Below are positions 11,191 through 24,516 of a stretch of 64,000 nt of DNA, piece after piece (positions within the stretch are counted from its first letter, which is position 1; each line of letters begins with the position of its first letter). A program made the position numbers and the translations under genes. Below the pieces are notes generated by a model. It ran no database searches. It had not been told where the DNA came from and saw only the letters and a program-made list of their open reading frames with translations. Source of the DNA: Octopus sinensis (lineage: Eukaryota); assembly GCF_006345805.1 (NCBI RefSeq), contig NC_043002.1:83390001-83454000 (forward strand), written 5' to 3'.

Positions 11191-11540
11191 TTTTCTTTAC
11201 GAAGGGTAAAAGTGGTAACAAATTTGTTTTAACATTTTTCTTATTATTATTATCAAAGAATGTATATATTTTCAATGAACTTTTTAGTATTTTCTCAAGA
11301 TTTTTCCTTGTAAACTATTTTAACATTTTTCTTATTATTATCAAAGAATGTATATATATTGTAATAATTTGTGTCAACCAGTATTTAACACAAAAAAGTT
11401 TTTACAAAGCTTCTACATTTCACTTTTGACAATCTTTTTCTAAAAAAGTGAATCCGGTCAAGTGAATAAACACCTTTTAAAATTGCATTTTCAACCTTCT
11501 TTCATATATATATATGTACCTATTGATGTCTGTATGTGCA

Positions 11541-11645
<105 letters not shown>

Positions 11646-11964
11646 TCATACATACATATATATATATATATATAGGTATATATATATGCATATATGGGTA
11701 CAGGACATCAAAAAAAAACATACACAAAATGAGAAACGAGAACATAAAACAAAAACATGGAAAACGAACTTTTTTTTGAACAACGAAAGAAACAAACAGA
11801 GAAACGAGACAGACAACATAAAGAACATTCCCTTCATCAGTTGTCCCCCGCTTTATTTACTCCACGTTTCAAAGGTAGATATCCAGAAGTCTTCTCTTAA
11901 AAACCCACACAAGGACATACTGGCATGTGAAAATGTTGCATTGGTCTGGGCAAGCTGTCTAACT

Positions 11965-12136
11965 GGTTATATCATCATCATCGTTTAATGTCCGCTTTCC
12001 ATGCTAGAATGCGTTGGACGATTTGACTGAGGACTGATGACCCAGATGGCTGCACCAGGCTCCAATCTTGAGCTGGCAGAGTTTCTACAGCTGGATGCCC
12101 TTCCTAACACCAACCACTCCGAGAGTGTAGTGGGTT
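11965..12136 (-). mobile_element. Family C retroposon (GGTTGGCGTTAGGAAGGGCATCCAG motif; (ATG)n tail shared with RTE LINE)
   Basis: Matches copies at 17425, 43470 and 59200. The tail CATGCTAGCATGGAAAGCGGACGTTAAACGATGATG is shared. Confidence 0.8.
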
Positions 12137-12137
12137 G

Positions 12138-12183
<46 letters not shown>

Positions 12184-12199
12184 TACATACATATATATA

Positions 12200-12813
12200 T
12201 AGATGTATGGATGATGACGGCAGCATAAAGAAGTGCCGAGCACTAATTGTGGAGGGTACCTGTGGAAGAGGTAGACCCAGGAAAATGTGAGATGACGTGA
12301 TGAGAAAGTACTTTTGGTCGCTAGGCCTCACTGAGGAAATGTGAAGGGGCTAGATGATGTGGCAATTTGCTGTACTTGATAAGGCACATCAAGCTAAATA
12401 AAATCACTGTCTTCCATATATACAGGCCTGTCCCTTCAGGTGCATCTTAAAAAGTACCTGTGCCGGTGGTATGCAAACTGCACCCAGCACACTTATGTTA
12501 TGTAGTTGACACTAAGGAGGGCACCCACCATAGAAACCATACCACAACAGACTTTTGGAATCTGGACAACTTCCTGCTAGCCAGCTCCATGTCAAACTGT
12601 CCAACCCATGCCAGCATGGAGAGTGGACATTAAATAATAATGATGATATATATATATATATATCATGGAGTTTTTGGCGTTAGGAAGGGCATCCAGCCGT
12701 AGAAACATTGCCAGATCAGACTGGGCCTGGTGCAGCCCTCTGGCTTCCCAGACCCCAGTTGAACCGTCCAACCCATGCTAGCATGGAAAGCGGACGCTAA
12801 ACGATGATGATGA

Positions 12814-12815
<2 letters not shown>
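12200..12815 (+). mobile_element. RTE LINE 3' end plus an adjacent family C tail
   Basis: Translation MDDDGSIKKCRALIVEGTCGRGRPRKM...LGLTEEM matches the RTE C-terminal GRGRPRKxW motif. It is followed by a 3' UTR ending CCAACCCATGCCAGCATGG...ATGATG; a second tail lies at 12668-12815. Confidence 0.8.
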
Positions 12816-12858
<43 letters not shown>

Positions 12859-12929
12859 TATACATATATATATGCATATACATAAAATAAACAATATTAT
12901 TCTTAATATATAGAAACTGTTGATAGGCC

Positions 12930-14175
12930 AGTTACTGCAATATTTATCTCTTATATATAATTTAATACTGCCTCAATTGTTATACCATATTTTTAATAAG
13001 TCAGGCAGCTATTGGCCGCAGTTTCTCATCCAGGCATGTAGCTGACTGCAAGTTCAGTTTATTGAAAAGGTTGAAATGCATTGGGGATTCTTTCTGGATG
13101 CTGCTCATGCTCAATATATATTGCGCTTTTATAAAATGTTATCTCTGGAGAACTACTGCTGTAAGTGTGTACAATCAGCAATGTGTATATATTTAGTATG
13201 ATACAAAGATGGCTGTTTTATTTTAATGCTGTCTTACTTGCATATATTCGATTTATATTCAGGTGGCTATTTGCAACATCAGTGAGGGTTTTGTTCACTG
13301 TTGCCTACACTGGAGGTGACAAATTCTTGTCCAAGCATGTGACTGGCTGCAAGCACAACATTGCAAAGGCCCCCAAAAAGCCACAATGCATCTGGTATCC
13401 TTACTGGCTGCTGTTGATTGTTTTTAGCACAGTGTGTCCGTAGGAGATGTTATCTCACCAAATACTGCAGTAACTGCCTCCTGTCAACAGTGTCTATACA
13501 TTAAGTATGATACCCAAATGACTATTATAATTTCATATTACCTCAGTTACGTGTATTAGATTTTCATTCAGCTCGGCTGCTATTTGCAACATCAGTAAAT
13601 ATTTTTATTCATTGTTTCCTATCCGGTATAACCGGAAGTTACAAATTCTTGCCTGGAATATGGTAAAGGCTGTTATGCATCTGATGTTCTTGCTGGCCAC
13701 CATATGTTGTTCTTAATACAGTCTATCCATGAAAGATGTTATCTCATGAAAAATACTGCATTAATTAGTCTATCCATAGTGCATGTACACCAAGTATGAT
13801 AAATAGATAGTTATTTTAATTCAAAACTGCCTGAATTGCATGTATAAATATATCCTTACTCTTTTGTATATTCTATTTCTACTGCCACTCACTCTCTATT
13901 CTTGTGTAACAGTCTTCTACTTGAACCCGATCTCATTAGTGTGACAGCAATGGAACATACAAAGCCCCTTTTCATATCTGTATATACATTATGATACATA
14001 GATAGCAATTTTAATTTAATACTGCCTCAATATTGCATATATAAATTATATTTTTACTCTATTGTACATTTTACTTCTGTTATTCACTCTATCTATTTTG
14101 GTGAGACATCCTCCTATTTGAACCCTATGTCTTTAGTATGACTGTGACAGAACATGCACCTGTTTATCATATCTG
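12930..14175. repeat. Old degenerate tandem array (~290-310 bp units, then 2 x ~195 bp)
   Basis: GCTATTTGCAACATCAGT at 13266 and 13579; ATGTTATCTC at 13136, 13447 and 13736; AGTATGATA at 13195, 13504 and 13793; TTGAACCC blocks ~195 bp apart. Confidence 0.75.
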
Positions 14176-14249
14176 CATTATTAGACACAAACTTCCTGGA
14201 ACCTAAGTGTTTGGTGTATGGTCCTTAGAACATTTTCATGGGTATCATA

Positions 14250-14645
14250 TCTTTTACCTGTTTTGGTCATCAGACTGCAGCCATGCTGGGGCACCGCCTT
14301 GAATTTTTAGTCAAATGAACCAACCCCAGTACTTATCTTTTAAGCCTGGTACTTATTCTTTCGATACTTTATTGCCAAACTGCCCAGTTACAGAGTTACA
14401 GAGTTACAGAGATGTAAACAAACCAACAGTTGTCAAGTAATAATGGGTGTTGGCGACAAACACAGACACACACACATAGATATATATATATATACAATGG
14501 GCTTCTTTCTGTTTCCATTTACCAAATCCACTCACAAAGCTTTGATCGGCCTGAGGCTATAGTTGAAGACACTTGCCCAAGGGGTCACATAGTGGGACTG
14601 AACCTAGAATCTTGCGGTTCGTAAGCAAGATTCTTACCACACTGA
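14250..14645 (-). mobile_element. Family A SINE, diverged
   Basis: Collinear with the family A reverse complement. Confidence 0.8.
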
Positions 14646-14787
14646 CTTCTTTAAATACAGTGAAATTTGCTTAACTGATGATCAGTATTTTTTACTTTTT
14701 AAAAATTATTATTTTTATAACATTAAGCTCTGTATTATTTATGTTGTCATGTTAATAATCTATTACCTGCATATATTTCATATTCAG

Positions 14788-14852
14788 GGTTCATTTGGTT
14801 GCTGTAAAACACCTTGTGGTTGCGGTAACGTGTAGATGTGTTGCTATGGGTA
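14788..14852 (+). promoter_or_regulatory. Three RFX X-box-like GTTGC sites at 21-bp spacing; also bounded by AG/GT (possible 62-nt exon 14788-14849)
   Basis: GTTGCTGTAAAAC (14798), GTTGCGGTAAC (14819), GTTGCTATGGGTA (14840). Boundaries ttcatattcag| and |gtatgt. Confidence 0.35.
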
Positions 14853-15059
14853 TGTGTATTTTTGATTTTTCATAAAAAGATATTTCTGCACATTTATTTG
14901 TTATGCTTTTATTAATAATTGCAATATTTCTTAATAACTTTACATTTAATGTGAATTCTTTTGATTTATTTGTTTATTCTTTGAAGTGCTCTTGGCACTT
15001 TTCAGTGTGTTTAAGAATAACACTGTGTTACACGATCTTTGTCTTTGGGCAGCAACTGT

Positions 15060-15310
15060 TATATATTTGCTTACCCCTAGAAAGAATGAAAAATGGCTAA
15101 TATTTCCTGCAAACTTTGCTTTTGTTACATTTATTCAAACCCCAAAGAATCCCTCTCAACACATGACTATGATCTTCCACATTGCTCCTGCTCATGATCA
15201 GAATGGTCATATTGTCAGCCACAAAGGAATATGCTCAACAGGTTAAGATCAAGCAACTAACAAGTAAATCTGTGGTATTGAGCAGAATATTTTGCTGTAA
15301 TGATATTTCT
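15060..15310 (-). mobile_element. Fragment of the LINE-type repeat also present at 48665-49135
   Basis: Shared AAGCAACT.ACAA.T.AATCTGTGGTATTGAGCAGAATATTT and the ATTCAAACCC block. Confidence 0.6.
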
Positions 15311-16009
15311 GCTTGAGCAACTCAGCTCTGAATGTGAAATGTAATGGAAAGTAGGTCAGTTTCAAAACATTGATGTTCAGGTCTCTAAAGCAAAGTTCGA
15401 AGGGAATTGTTGTCATTTCCTTTGATTTCAAGATAGAAGCAAATAGGAAATAACACTTACTAACCAAAGACAAAAAAAGAATCTAAATTTTAGTTACACA
15501 GTGTAATGGAGGGATAGTAAATAGGGCATTGTCCTCTTATCAAAAGTTTGTAAAAGTGGACTCTGCTCCATGCATCTAAGTGTCAAGCGGTGGTGTTAAA
15601 CCAAGGTCACAAAGAAACTCTATCTTATTAGAACTGGAACAGACTCTCTGACAGACTTCTACAAAATTTCCATGTCCTAAACTCAGTTGTGTAACTGGTG
15701 GTGGTGGTGGTGGTGGTGGGGCACATGCCCAGGGCACTGATTGAGGTGGGTGCGCGGAATTCACCATAATACGATAAGCTTGAACTCCATTTATAAAATT
15801 GCAATTGTAAAGATGGATCTCCAGCATATTGTTTTATGCTGTTATTGAAGGTAAAGACTATGATGGCGGCTGTCTACATTCATGTCTGGACATTTTTAGA
15901 AAGGGTGTCAAAAAAGGCTTCTTAAAAGTAAACATTCAAATAATATATTTTGGATTACAGGCTGTATGAAACTGGCAGGTAAATGAACCCTGCTAAAGTA
16001 TTTATTACT

Positions 16010-16375
16010 AAAACTAGCACTATGACCTGGCGTTGCCAGGTCATAGTGCTAGTGCGTGCGTGCATGCACACATACACACGAGTACTGTCCAAATCTCTGA
16101 CCAATCACATACAGCTAGCTGGCATTTAATTGGCGTATCAAGTTTCGGGCATTTTGATTGGGTTTTGGATAGAAAATTCACTAAAAACTCACTTCTGTTG
16201 ATTTTTTAATCGCTTTGCGGGGGGTGACTGGAGAAATGTAAAGATGTGCACGACCACTCTTAGACGGTTTTGAATGACCATAGAAAGTGCGAGCACTCTG
16301 ACTGAAAAATTGTGGATTTGTATAAAGGACACACACACACAGACATTTTGCCATTTATATATATATATATAGAGA
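16010..16375 (+). mobile_element. Non-autonomous Helitron/Helentron-type element (HINE/DINE-1-like)
   Basis: A perfect 19-bp hairpin lies at the start (16013-16053). The element has an internal (CA)n and ends CACACAGACATTTTGCCATTTATATATATATATAGAGAGAT. No TIR pair or TSD. Confidence 0.6.
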
Positions 16376-16839
16376 GATGTTGCTTTAAAACATTAACTAC
16401 TTGTAACAAATAAGTACTGTATAATATTGTGGATTTTGTAATTGGTGGTGGGGGTGGTGCATTTTTGTGGTTTGCCATGGGTGCTGTTTACCCTAACTAT
16501 ACCACTACCTAAACTTCATTCATAAGGGCTTTCCTGATGCCATAGCAGGAGACAATAGCTCCAGGGCTCTGTGCTGTTGTATTGAACTCAAAATATATAT
16601 GGTCATAAAGCAAACATAATTACAGTTGTGCATATTCAGTAGAAGTGACATCGACCTTACTATTTTTCTAATTTCAATATAATGAATTTGCTTCTTTAAA
16701 TTATTACTATTTTCTCTGTTATTCATAAATCCATTATGAACTTATGGGTCAAAATGACCTGAAGAATTACTAAAAGAAATGCCAAATCAGGACTTAATTG
16801 CCACATGTCTCAAAAACTAATTAAATTTAATAAGTTGGA

Positions 16840-17200
16840 TTTAGGTGTTATCCATCATTATTTCTAAATTTTTTTCCAACTTTTCCCCTCTTCAACTATT
16901 GTTTAAATCCATTATTGATTTCATGATGTTCCTTTTGCTTGCTTTTCCTTTTTCAATATTGGCAAATATTTTGCAAGTCTTACCTTTGTAATATGCCCAT
17001 CAGCTAATGTTTGATATGCAAACAGTCAGATGAGTACCCCATACACTCAAATGTGAGATACATATGTGTTTCTCACACTTTTCAAGGTTATCTTTTGGTT
17101 CCATCAAATCATCCTCAGTGCCCCCTTATTAAAAGCATTTAGTTTTTATGTCCTGTTTTACTTTTCAATTGTGGATGCTCTTTCATCTTGTGAGAATGTC
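16840..17200 (-). mobile_element. Highly decayed RTE/CR1-type RT C-terminal remnant
   Basis: KLNAFNKGALRMIxWNQKITLKSVR resembles the LNAFExxxLRRILxIxWxxKITNxEVR motif. Confidence 0.35.
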
Positions 17201-17424
17201 AATGGCCAACCTTATTGGCCATTCTTGCATGATGACATATGTGACAGTCAGAAATACAAATTATGAAATATCTAAGCTGTAAATCTTGAGCGTTGACAAA
17301 GATTGCATTTATTTTACACAGGAGAGCTTGACAATCCAGGCAAATCTGAAACAAAAATTTTTTTACCTTGAATGTATGTTGAATTGTTTTTGGAGAGGAT
17401 CCAAAAAGTATGATGTATTGTGAC

Positions 17425-18050
17425 ATCATCATCATCATCATCATCATCACCATCATCGTTTAACGTCCGCTTTCCATGCTAGCATGGGTTGGACGATTTT
17501 GACTGAGGGCTGGCGAACCAGATGGCTGCACCAGGCTCCAATCTTGATTTGGTAGAGTTTCTACTGCTGGATGCCCTTCCTAACACCAACCACTCCGAGA
17601 GTGTAGTGGGTGCTTTTTACGTGCCACCGGCACGGGGGCCAGTCAGGCGGTACTGGCAACGACTTCGATCGAATTGTTTTACACATGCCACCAGCACAGG
17701 TGCCAGTAAGGCGATGTTGATAACAATCACGCTCGAATAGTGCCCTTTTACGTGCCACTGACACGGAAGCCAGTTGGCTGCTCTGGCAACGATCACGCTC
17801 GGATGGTGCTCTTGGCACCCTACTAACATGGGCACAAGTGCCAGTAAGGCGACACTGGTAACGATCACACTCGAATGGTGCTCTTTAAGTGCCACTGGCA
17901 CGGAAGCCAGTTAGCCGCTCTGTCAATGATCATGCTCGTATGGTGCTCTTTGCACCCTGCTATCATGGACGCCAGTCATCGAGTTTGATTTTGCTTTTGA
18001 TTGATTTCACTTGCCTCAACAGGTCTTCGCAAGCAGAGTTTTAGTGTCCA
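17425..18050 (-). mobile_element. Family C retroposon with an internal tandem of ~6 alternating 60-70 bp subunits
   Basis: Repeated TTTTACGTGCCACC/TGGCAC...AACGATCACGCTCG.ATGGTG units and a (CAT)n tail at 17425-17457. Confidence 0.85.
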
Positions 18051-18394
18051 GTGCACATAAATTTTTCACCAGAAAAATATTCACTATTAATTCCTCAGAA
18101 TTTCCCCAAAGCAGCATAAAAATCTTCATGGTGTTTATTTACATTAGCCTTGGAATTTCGAAAAATGCTAATGAGTTTGCTGGTCACAATTTTCATTTAC
18201 CTGGTGCAAAATGTGTGACATTTTCAATATTTTCTATACCTTCCAAATACTGTAGATCTGGGTGCCAACATTGATGTCCAATCAAAAATGAAGCATTTCA
18301 ATAGACTTTTACATGTATATAGTGGGGTTTTTTCTGGGCATTCTAATCAGTTTTGAAAACCTATTTTGGTTTAACTTTCATAAGAATGGTCTAT

Positions 18395-18985
18395 TAGTGC
18401 TGGTGTCATGACAGAAAGCACCCAGTACATACTATAAAGTGGCTGGTGAATTGAGCAGACACAATACCAGATTGAGAGGACTTTTTAACCTCTTTTAGTG
18501 TTGGGGGCAATGAAAAAGTGCACCAAGTACATTCTATATAAGTGGTAGGTTGGGCATCCAGCCATGGAAAGCTTGCTAAAACTGAGACATAGGAGCAAGA
18601 TGTCTTCTGATCCGTCAGTTCCTGTTGAACCAACCAACCTATGCCAATATTGATAGTGAATGTAAAATGGTAATGATGATAATGGATACAATAATGCAAA
18701 AAAAAATTTCAAAAGAAAGGTTCCAATTATCTGTACAATTTATTAAAAATGTAATTGCATCATTTTACTTCAATTATCATCATCATCATCATTTAATGTT
18801 CATTTCCCATGAGTTGGGCAGTTTGACAGGATCTGGAAAGTAGCAGGGCTGCATCAAGCTCCAACGCTAGTTTTGACATGAATACTATGGCTGGATGCCC
18901 TTCTCAATGCCAAACACTTTACTGGTTACTCTTTTGTGTGCTACCAGCATTAGTGAGGTGACCACGTAATTTGCAAGACAAGAAA
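18395..18985. mobile_element. Two diverged family C copies in opposite orientation (18395-18650 +, 18775-18985 -)
   Basis: GGGCATCCAGCC and GGCTGGATGCCC motifs with ATG/CAT tails. Confidence 0.6.
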
Positions 18986-20904
18986 AGGATGAGAAGAAAG
19001 AAAAAGGGAAAAACTCCCTCAAGTAAATGATGATGGGGGAGTATTTGAGAGGAGTAGGAGGAGCAATGGTTCCATGCTAGGTGTTGAGAGGCTAAAGTGT
19101 GAAAGAGGGATTACTCCAAGAGTTTTGCTTTAGTGGAAATACAAGACTACCCTGCTTTATGTGAGTGTGGATCAAAGTAGCTGGAAAGATGATAGAGATG
19201 GTGACAGGATGTCAGAGGTTCTCAAGATACAAGAAGGAAGGTAATAAAAGAGGATACAGATAGTGGATTGGGTGGAGGAGGTAGTTTCATATGAATGTGA
19301 TGGGGGTGAGTATAACAAACAGGAATTTTACTGCCATGGTTTATAACCACTGGTATAGTCAAACCAAGCCTACCTGATCATTTGACCTAAATTTTTACAC
19401 AGAGAAAAAGAGTAATGAATAAATTTTTGTCATTTTAATTTGCATAATTAAAAATAAAAATGAGCTAGGGGAAATAACTCAAATCTGCTAACAGCATAAT
19501 TTAAAAGAAAAGGAAAACTTACAATAATGAACTCATGAGTGTTTGACTTCTAGAAACAGTAGCAAAATCTCCTCAAAGCACTCACTTCAATCTTAAATAA
19601 AATGGATACAATAGAAGATGTAAGAAGAAATAAGAACTCAAGTACAAGTGAACAGGATACCTCTATGTAATGAATCAATATGCTAGAAATATTAACCAAA
19701 TCACCCTCAAGTCACACACTATCATTTTAAATAAAGAAGGCTAGACTGGACACTAGTAATAGATACACAAAAAACGAAATGGCCATGGCTGGAATGCTTT
19801 TGATTGTAAATCAGTGTGATCATAGATGAGCTGGTGTCCAAATCAACATCAACAACAATAAAATAATTCTTGAAATTATTTGATAAATGTAAAAAGAATA
19901 TTATCTAAACTTATTGATGAATGATTAACATTTTTTAAAACCTAGAATGGAGAAACTGAAAGTTCCAAAAGATGGTAGATGCTGTATCAGTGTGAAAAAA
20001 AAAAAAAAAAATATGGTTTTGTCCTATGTACTTGTTAAACTTTTATTATATTTTATATTATTTTTTGTTTTCTCTTTTTTTTCAATGTCAGTGACCTTGT
20101 GAATTGAAACGGTTTCCCACTGAGATTGTGATTCAGAGTGTTCTTGATGTAATGTTTTTTAAACATGTCTCATTGTTAGAATATTTAAAAATAAAGTAAA
20201 AAGTATTTGTGTGTCAGATGTTTGACAGATATGCTATAAAAGATATTGAAGCTATAATTTGTTTCCGGTACCTCTTAAAATGTTTTCCTAATTCTGAAGG
20301 TTAAAAAATGATGTCAAGACATAAACTTGATTAGTAACAGTTTGTCACTACAAAGATATTGAATCAAATTCTTAGAAATAAGTTTATAATTAACTACATC
20401 CATTAGAATAGAAACTTCTCTGATTTTCCTTGTTAAATATTTTCCCGTTCATGAGTTAGACTATTCCAGTTCTACATTTGAATTAGACATGTCAAAGCTT
20501 CAAATTCATGACAGTTTGATAGTAAAGACCCTGTCACCTATTTTCCAATAAAGTACCCTCAGAAAAAGGAAGTTATATGCCCTGCTCAAAGAGACAGTTT
20601 ATCAACTTCTCTAGCAAAATATTCCAAATTTCAACCAATCAATTCTAATGTTCTATTTACCTCTAAATTTTAACCACTTTATTTTCTTTATTGTCTTTGT
20701 GTGTATGTGTGCATTTTTCTCTTATTCTGTTATTGGTTTCAGTCATTAGACTACAGCCTTGTTGGAGGCTCTGCTTTCAAAGATTTGATCATTCATATAT
20801 ATCCTAGTATTTATTTTGGTCTAGCATTGAGATCTATGGCCACAGTCAAATGACTGAAACAAATAAAAGAATACATACATACATACATACATACATACAT
20901 GTAT

Positions 20905-21281
20905 GTAGTGGCTGTGTGGTAAGTAGCTTGCTTACCAACCACATGGTTCCGGGTTCATTCCCACTGCGTGGCACCTTGGGCAAGTGTCTTCTACTACAGC
21001 CTCGGGCCGACCAAGGCCTGGTGAGTGGATTTGGTAGATGGAAACTGAAAGAAGCCCGTTGTATTTATGTATATATATATATGTATGTGTGTGTGTGTTT
21101 ATGTGTTTATGTTTGTCCTTCCAACATCGCTTGACAACCGATGGTGGTGTGTTTATGTCCCCATTACTTAACGGTTCGGCAAAAGAGACCAATAGAATAA
21201 GTACTAGGCTTACAAAAAATAAGTCCTGGGGTCGATTTGCTCCAGCATGGCCACAGTCAAATGACTGAAACAAGTAAAAGA

Positions 21282-21340
<59 letters not shown>

Positions 21341-21797
21341 TGGGCATACATGCACACACCACACACACACACTTTGAGATACTGAAGCAATAACATTATC
21401 TCCTTACCCATTACATTGACATAATATCCAATGTCAGCATAAATCAGGATGATGTAGAATTGGTAAACATTCAGGCGTGGCTGTGTCATGAGAGGCTTAC
21501 TTCCCGACCCCATGGTTCTACGGTCAGTCCCACTGTGTGGTACCTTGGGTGAGTGGATTTGGGAGATGGAAACTGAAAAAAGCCCATCACACACACACAC
21601 ATATATTTGTGTGTGTTGTGTTTGTCTCCATCATCGCTTAACAACCAGTGTTAATATGTTTCCGTCCCTGTAACTTAGTGAAAGAGACCAATAGAATAAG
21701 TACTGGGCTTAAAAAGTCCTGGAGTTGATTTGTTTGACCAAAACTCTTAAAGGCAGTGCTCCAGTATGACCACAGCCACTGAAACAAGTAAAAGAGC

Positions 21798-21828
<31 letters not shown>

Positions 21829-22202
21829 GGCGCAGGAGTGGCTGTGTGGTAAGTAGCTTGCTAACCAACCACATGGTTCCGGGTTCAGTGGCATCTTGGG
21901 CAAGTGTCTTCTGCTATAGCCCCGGGCCGACCAATGCCTTGTGAGTGGATTTGGTAGACGGAAACTGAAAGAAGCCTGTTGTATATATGTATATATATAT
22001 ATGTATGTGTGTGTATGTGTTTGCTTGACAACCGATGCTGGTGTGTTTACGTCCCCGTCACTTAGTGGTTAGGCAAAAGAGACCGATAGAATAAGTACTG
22101 GGCTTACAAAGAATAAGTCCCGGGGGCGATTTGCTCGACTAGAGGCGGTGCTCCAACATGGCTGCAGTCAAATGACTGAAACAAGTAAAAGAGTAAAAGA
22201 GA

Positions 22203-22205
<3 letters not shown>
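20905..22205 (+). mobile_element. Three head-to-tail family A SINE copies (20905-21285, 21475-21800, 21828-22205)
   Basis: Each has the GGCTGTGTGGTAAG-type head and a GACTGAAACAAGTAAAAGAG-type tail; they are separated by (TA)n. Confidence 0.9.
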
Positions 22206-22237
<32 letters not shown>

Positions 22238-22679
22238 GCGACTTGCTAGAAAGGCATTAAGCCAACAGATTTTGGAATCTGATGATATGCTGTACAGCCA
22301 AGCACTTTATGGATGTGAAACCCAACGTAATCCCATAAACCAGCCTTATCTAACTTTATTTGTATTATATTATATATATGTGTGTGTGTGTATATATACG
22401 TATGCATATATGGGCACAGGACGTCACAGAACATAAACAACATGAAATATGAAATACAAAAACATGGAATATGAACTTTGCAAACAATTACTTGAAAGCA
22501 ATTACTCGAAATACGGAGTAGAAAAACAGCCGACAACTGATGAAGGGTCGTTCTTTATGTTGCTTGTCTTGTTTTCCATTTGTTTCTTTCGTTGTTTGCA
22601 AAAAATGTTCATATTTCATATTGTTTACATTCTGTGACATCCTGTGCCCATATATACATATATATGTAAGTATGTACAT

Positions 22680-22693
22680 ATATGTATATATGC

Positions 22694-22748
<55 letters not shown>

Positions 22749-22810
22749 ACTGAACACAAAATGCATTGTTAAGTTATTTACTAAGCTGTTTTATTATTAT
22801 ATACTTAAAT

Positions 22811-22868
<58 letters not shown>

Positions 22869-23115
22869 ATACAGAATTTGTAACCCGTATATGGTAAAGA
22901 GAAAGAAGACAACGAAACCCCAGCCTAGTAGTAGTAATGGTGACCTATTTGGCTGCTATTTCTAATATTTTCGGTATGTGGTTCTGAGCAACTTGTTGCA
23001 ATTAACCCTTTATTATAATTAATATAATCCTTACCGAATATGGTCATTTCCATACCGGAAAAACTACTAGGTGAAATTTATTAATTTTATTAAATTAATT
23101 ATATTTCACCCTTTA

Positions 23116-23180
<65 letters not shown>

Positions 23181-23296
23181 GTCTGTTGAAAGAACAAAGT
23201 AGCAATATTATAATAATTATATATATATATATATATTCAATTTCTGAATACAGAATGTGCTGTTATGTTATTTTCAAAGGTATTTTATTATGTCTA

Positions 23297-23343
<47 letters not shown>

Positions 23344-23345
23344 TC
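22680..23345. repeat. Cluster of (TA)n microsatellites
   Basis: Direct inspection. Confidence 0.9.
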
Positions 23346-23494
23346 TGTTCAAAGAAGAAAGTAGTGTGTATGTGGAATCAATTTATCAAAGATAGTACAT
23401 TCTATTTAGAACACTTCATTCTCTGCTGTTTAACAGCAGGAAAACAATAAACTAACACTCCCATAACTGTGACCATACCCTCTCTTTTTTTCTT

Positions 23495-23537
<43 letters not shown>

Positions 23538-23846
23538 GACTAAAGTTTTTGGGAGCGGGGGTGCTTTCAAAATTAAACTCATTAGTAAGAAGCTGCATTA
23601 GCTTCTGTTGGGATGGTGCCTGAACTGCATCCTGTTCTCAGTAAAAAGTAGGAAAAAAAGAATTAAAAAGCATTCCTACATTCCTATGACTCTTCAAGGT
23701 TTGGAGAAATACTTATATATAAATATATATATATATATACATACATGAGGCACTAAATGTCTAATCAAGATTTCATACCTTACTTTAGTCATCATCCTGT
23801 GTCCTTAGACAATGAATATTTAACTTTTGTAACATAACTTCAATGG

Positions 23847-23899
<53 letters not shown>

Positions 23900-24516
23900 C
23901 TCAAGAGACTGCCTCAGATTATGTCCTCCATATTCTTGCTTTAATACAATGAGCTTGGTGTTATTTTAAATACCTACCTCTGCTGTCCCCATTTGCTGCT
24001 ACTGCTGTTCGTCTCCCCTTCCTGTCTCCACTTGTGTGTTTCTCTTGCTAGATCCTGTATTTAATGATTGTTCCTTACTTAATACTTCTTGCGCCCAAAA
24101 AACAACATCCATCTGGAACCTCTTCTCTCACTCATGTTTCCTCTTTAATGTCACATCTGCAGCCATTGGAGCCTCCTGAACAAATGAAAAGCTTTACGTG
24201 GTAGCTTGATTTGCTAGAGGTAACTGCCAAATCTCCCACAAATGACATTATTCCATCTTGAGACATCTTGAGAAAGAACAAAAGACCCCTTAAAACAGAC
24301 ACATTGGGATGGCTGTGTGGTTAAGAAGATTACTTCCCGACCATGTGGTCTTGGGTTCAGTCCCACTGCATGGTACATTGGGCAAATAACTTCTACTGTA
24401 ACCTTGGACTGAACAGTGCTTTGTGAGGGGAATCGGTTGATGGAAACTGCCGAAGTATTTCATTTGTGTGTGTGTGGGGGGGGGGTTGTATATGTGTATC
24501 ATTATCATTGTTTTAA

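Noticed and set aside
11228-11360. ~45-bp direct duplication
   Set aside because: Simple AT-rich local slippage duplication without further features.
17320-18260. Minus-strand exon pair YLEGIENIENVTHFAP + DLPGLSSSPV* with a nearby AATAAA
   Set aside because: Phase-compatible, but the upstream acceptor is weak, the region abuts LINE remnants and the peptide is unrecognised. Too speculative to call.
20092-20148. Segment reading TGA-PCELKRFPTEIVIQSVLD as a selenocysteine exon
   Set aside because: No match to any selenoprotein motif I know, no SECIS identified and no upstream in-frame exon. More likely UTR or chance.
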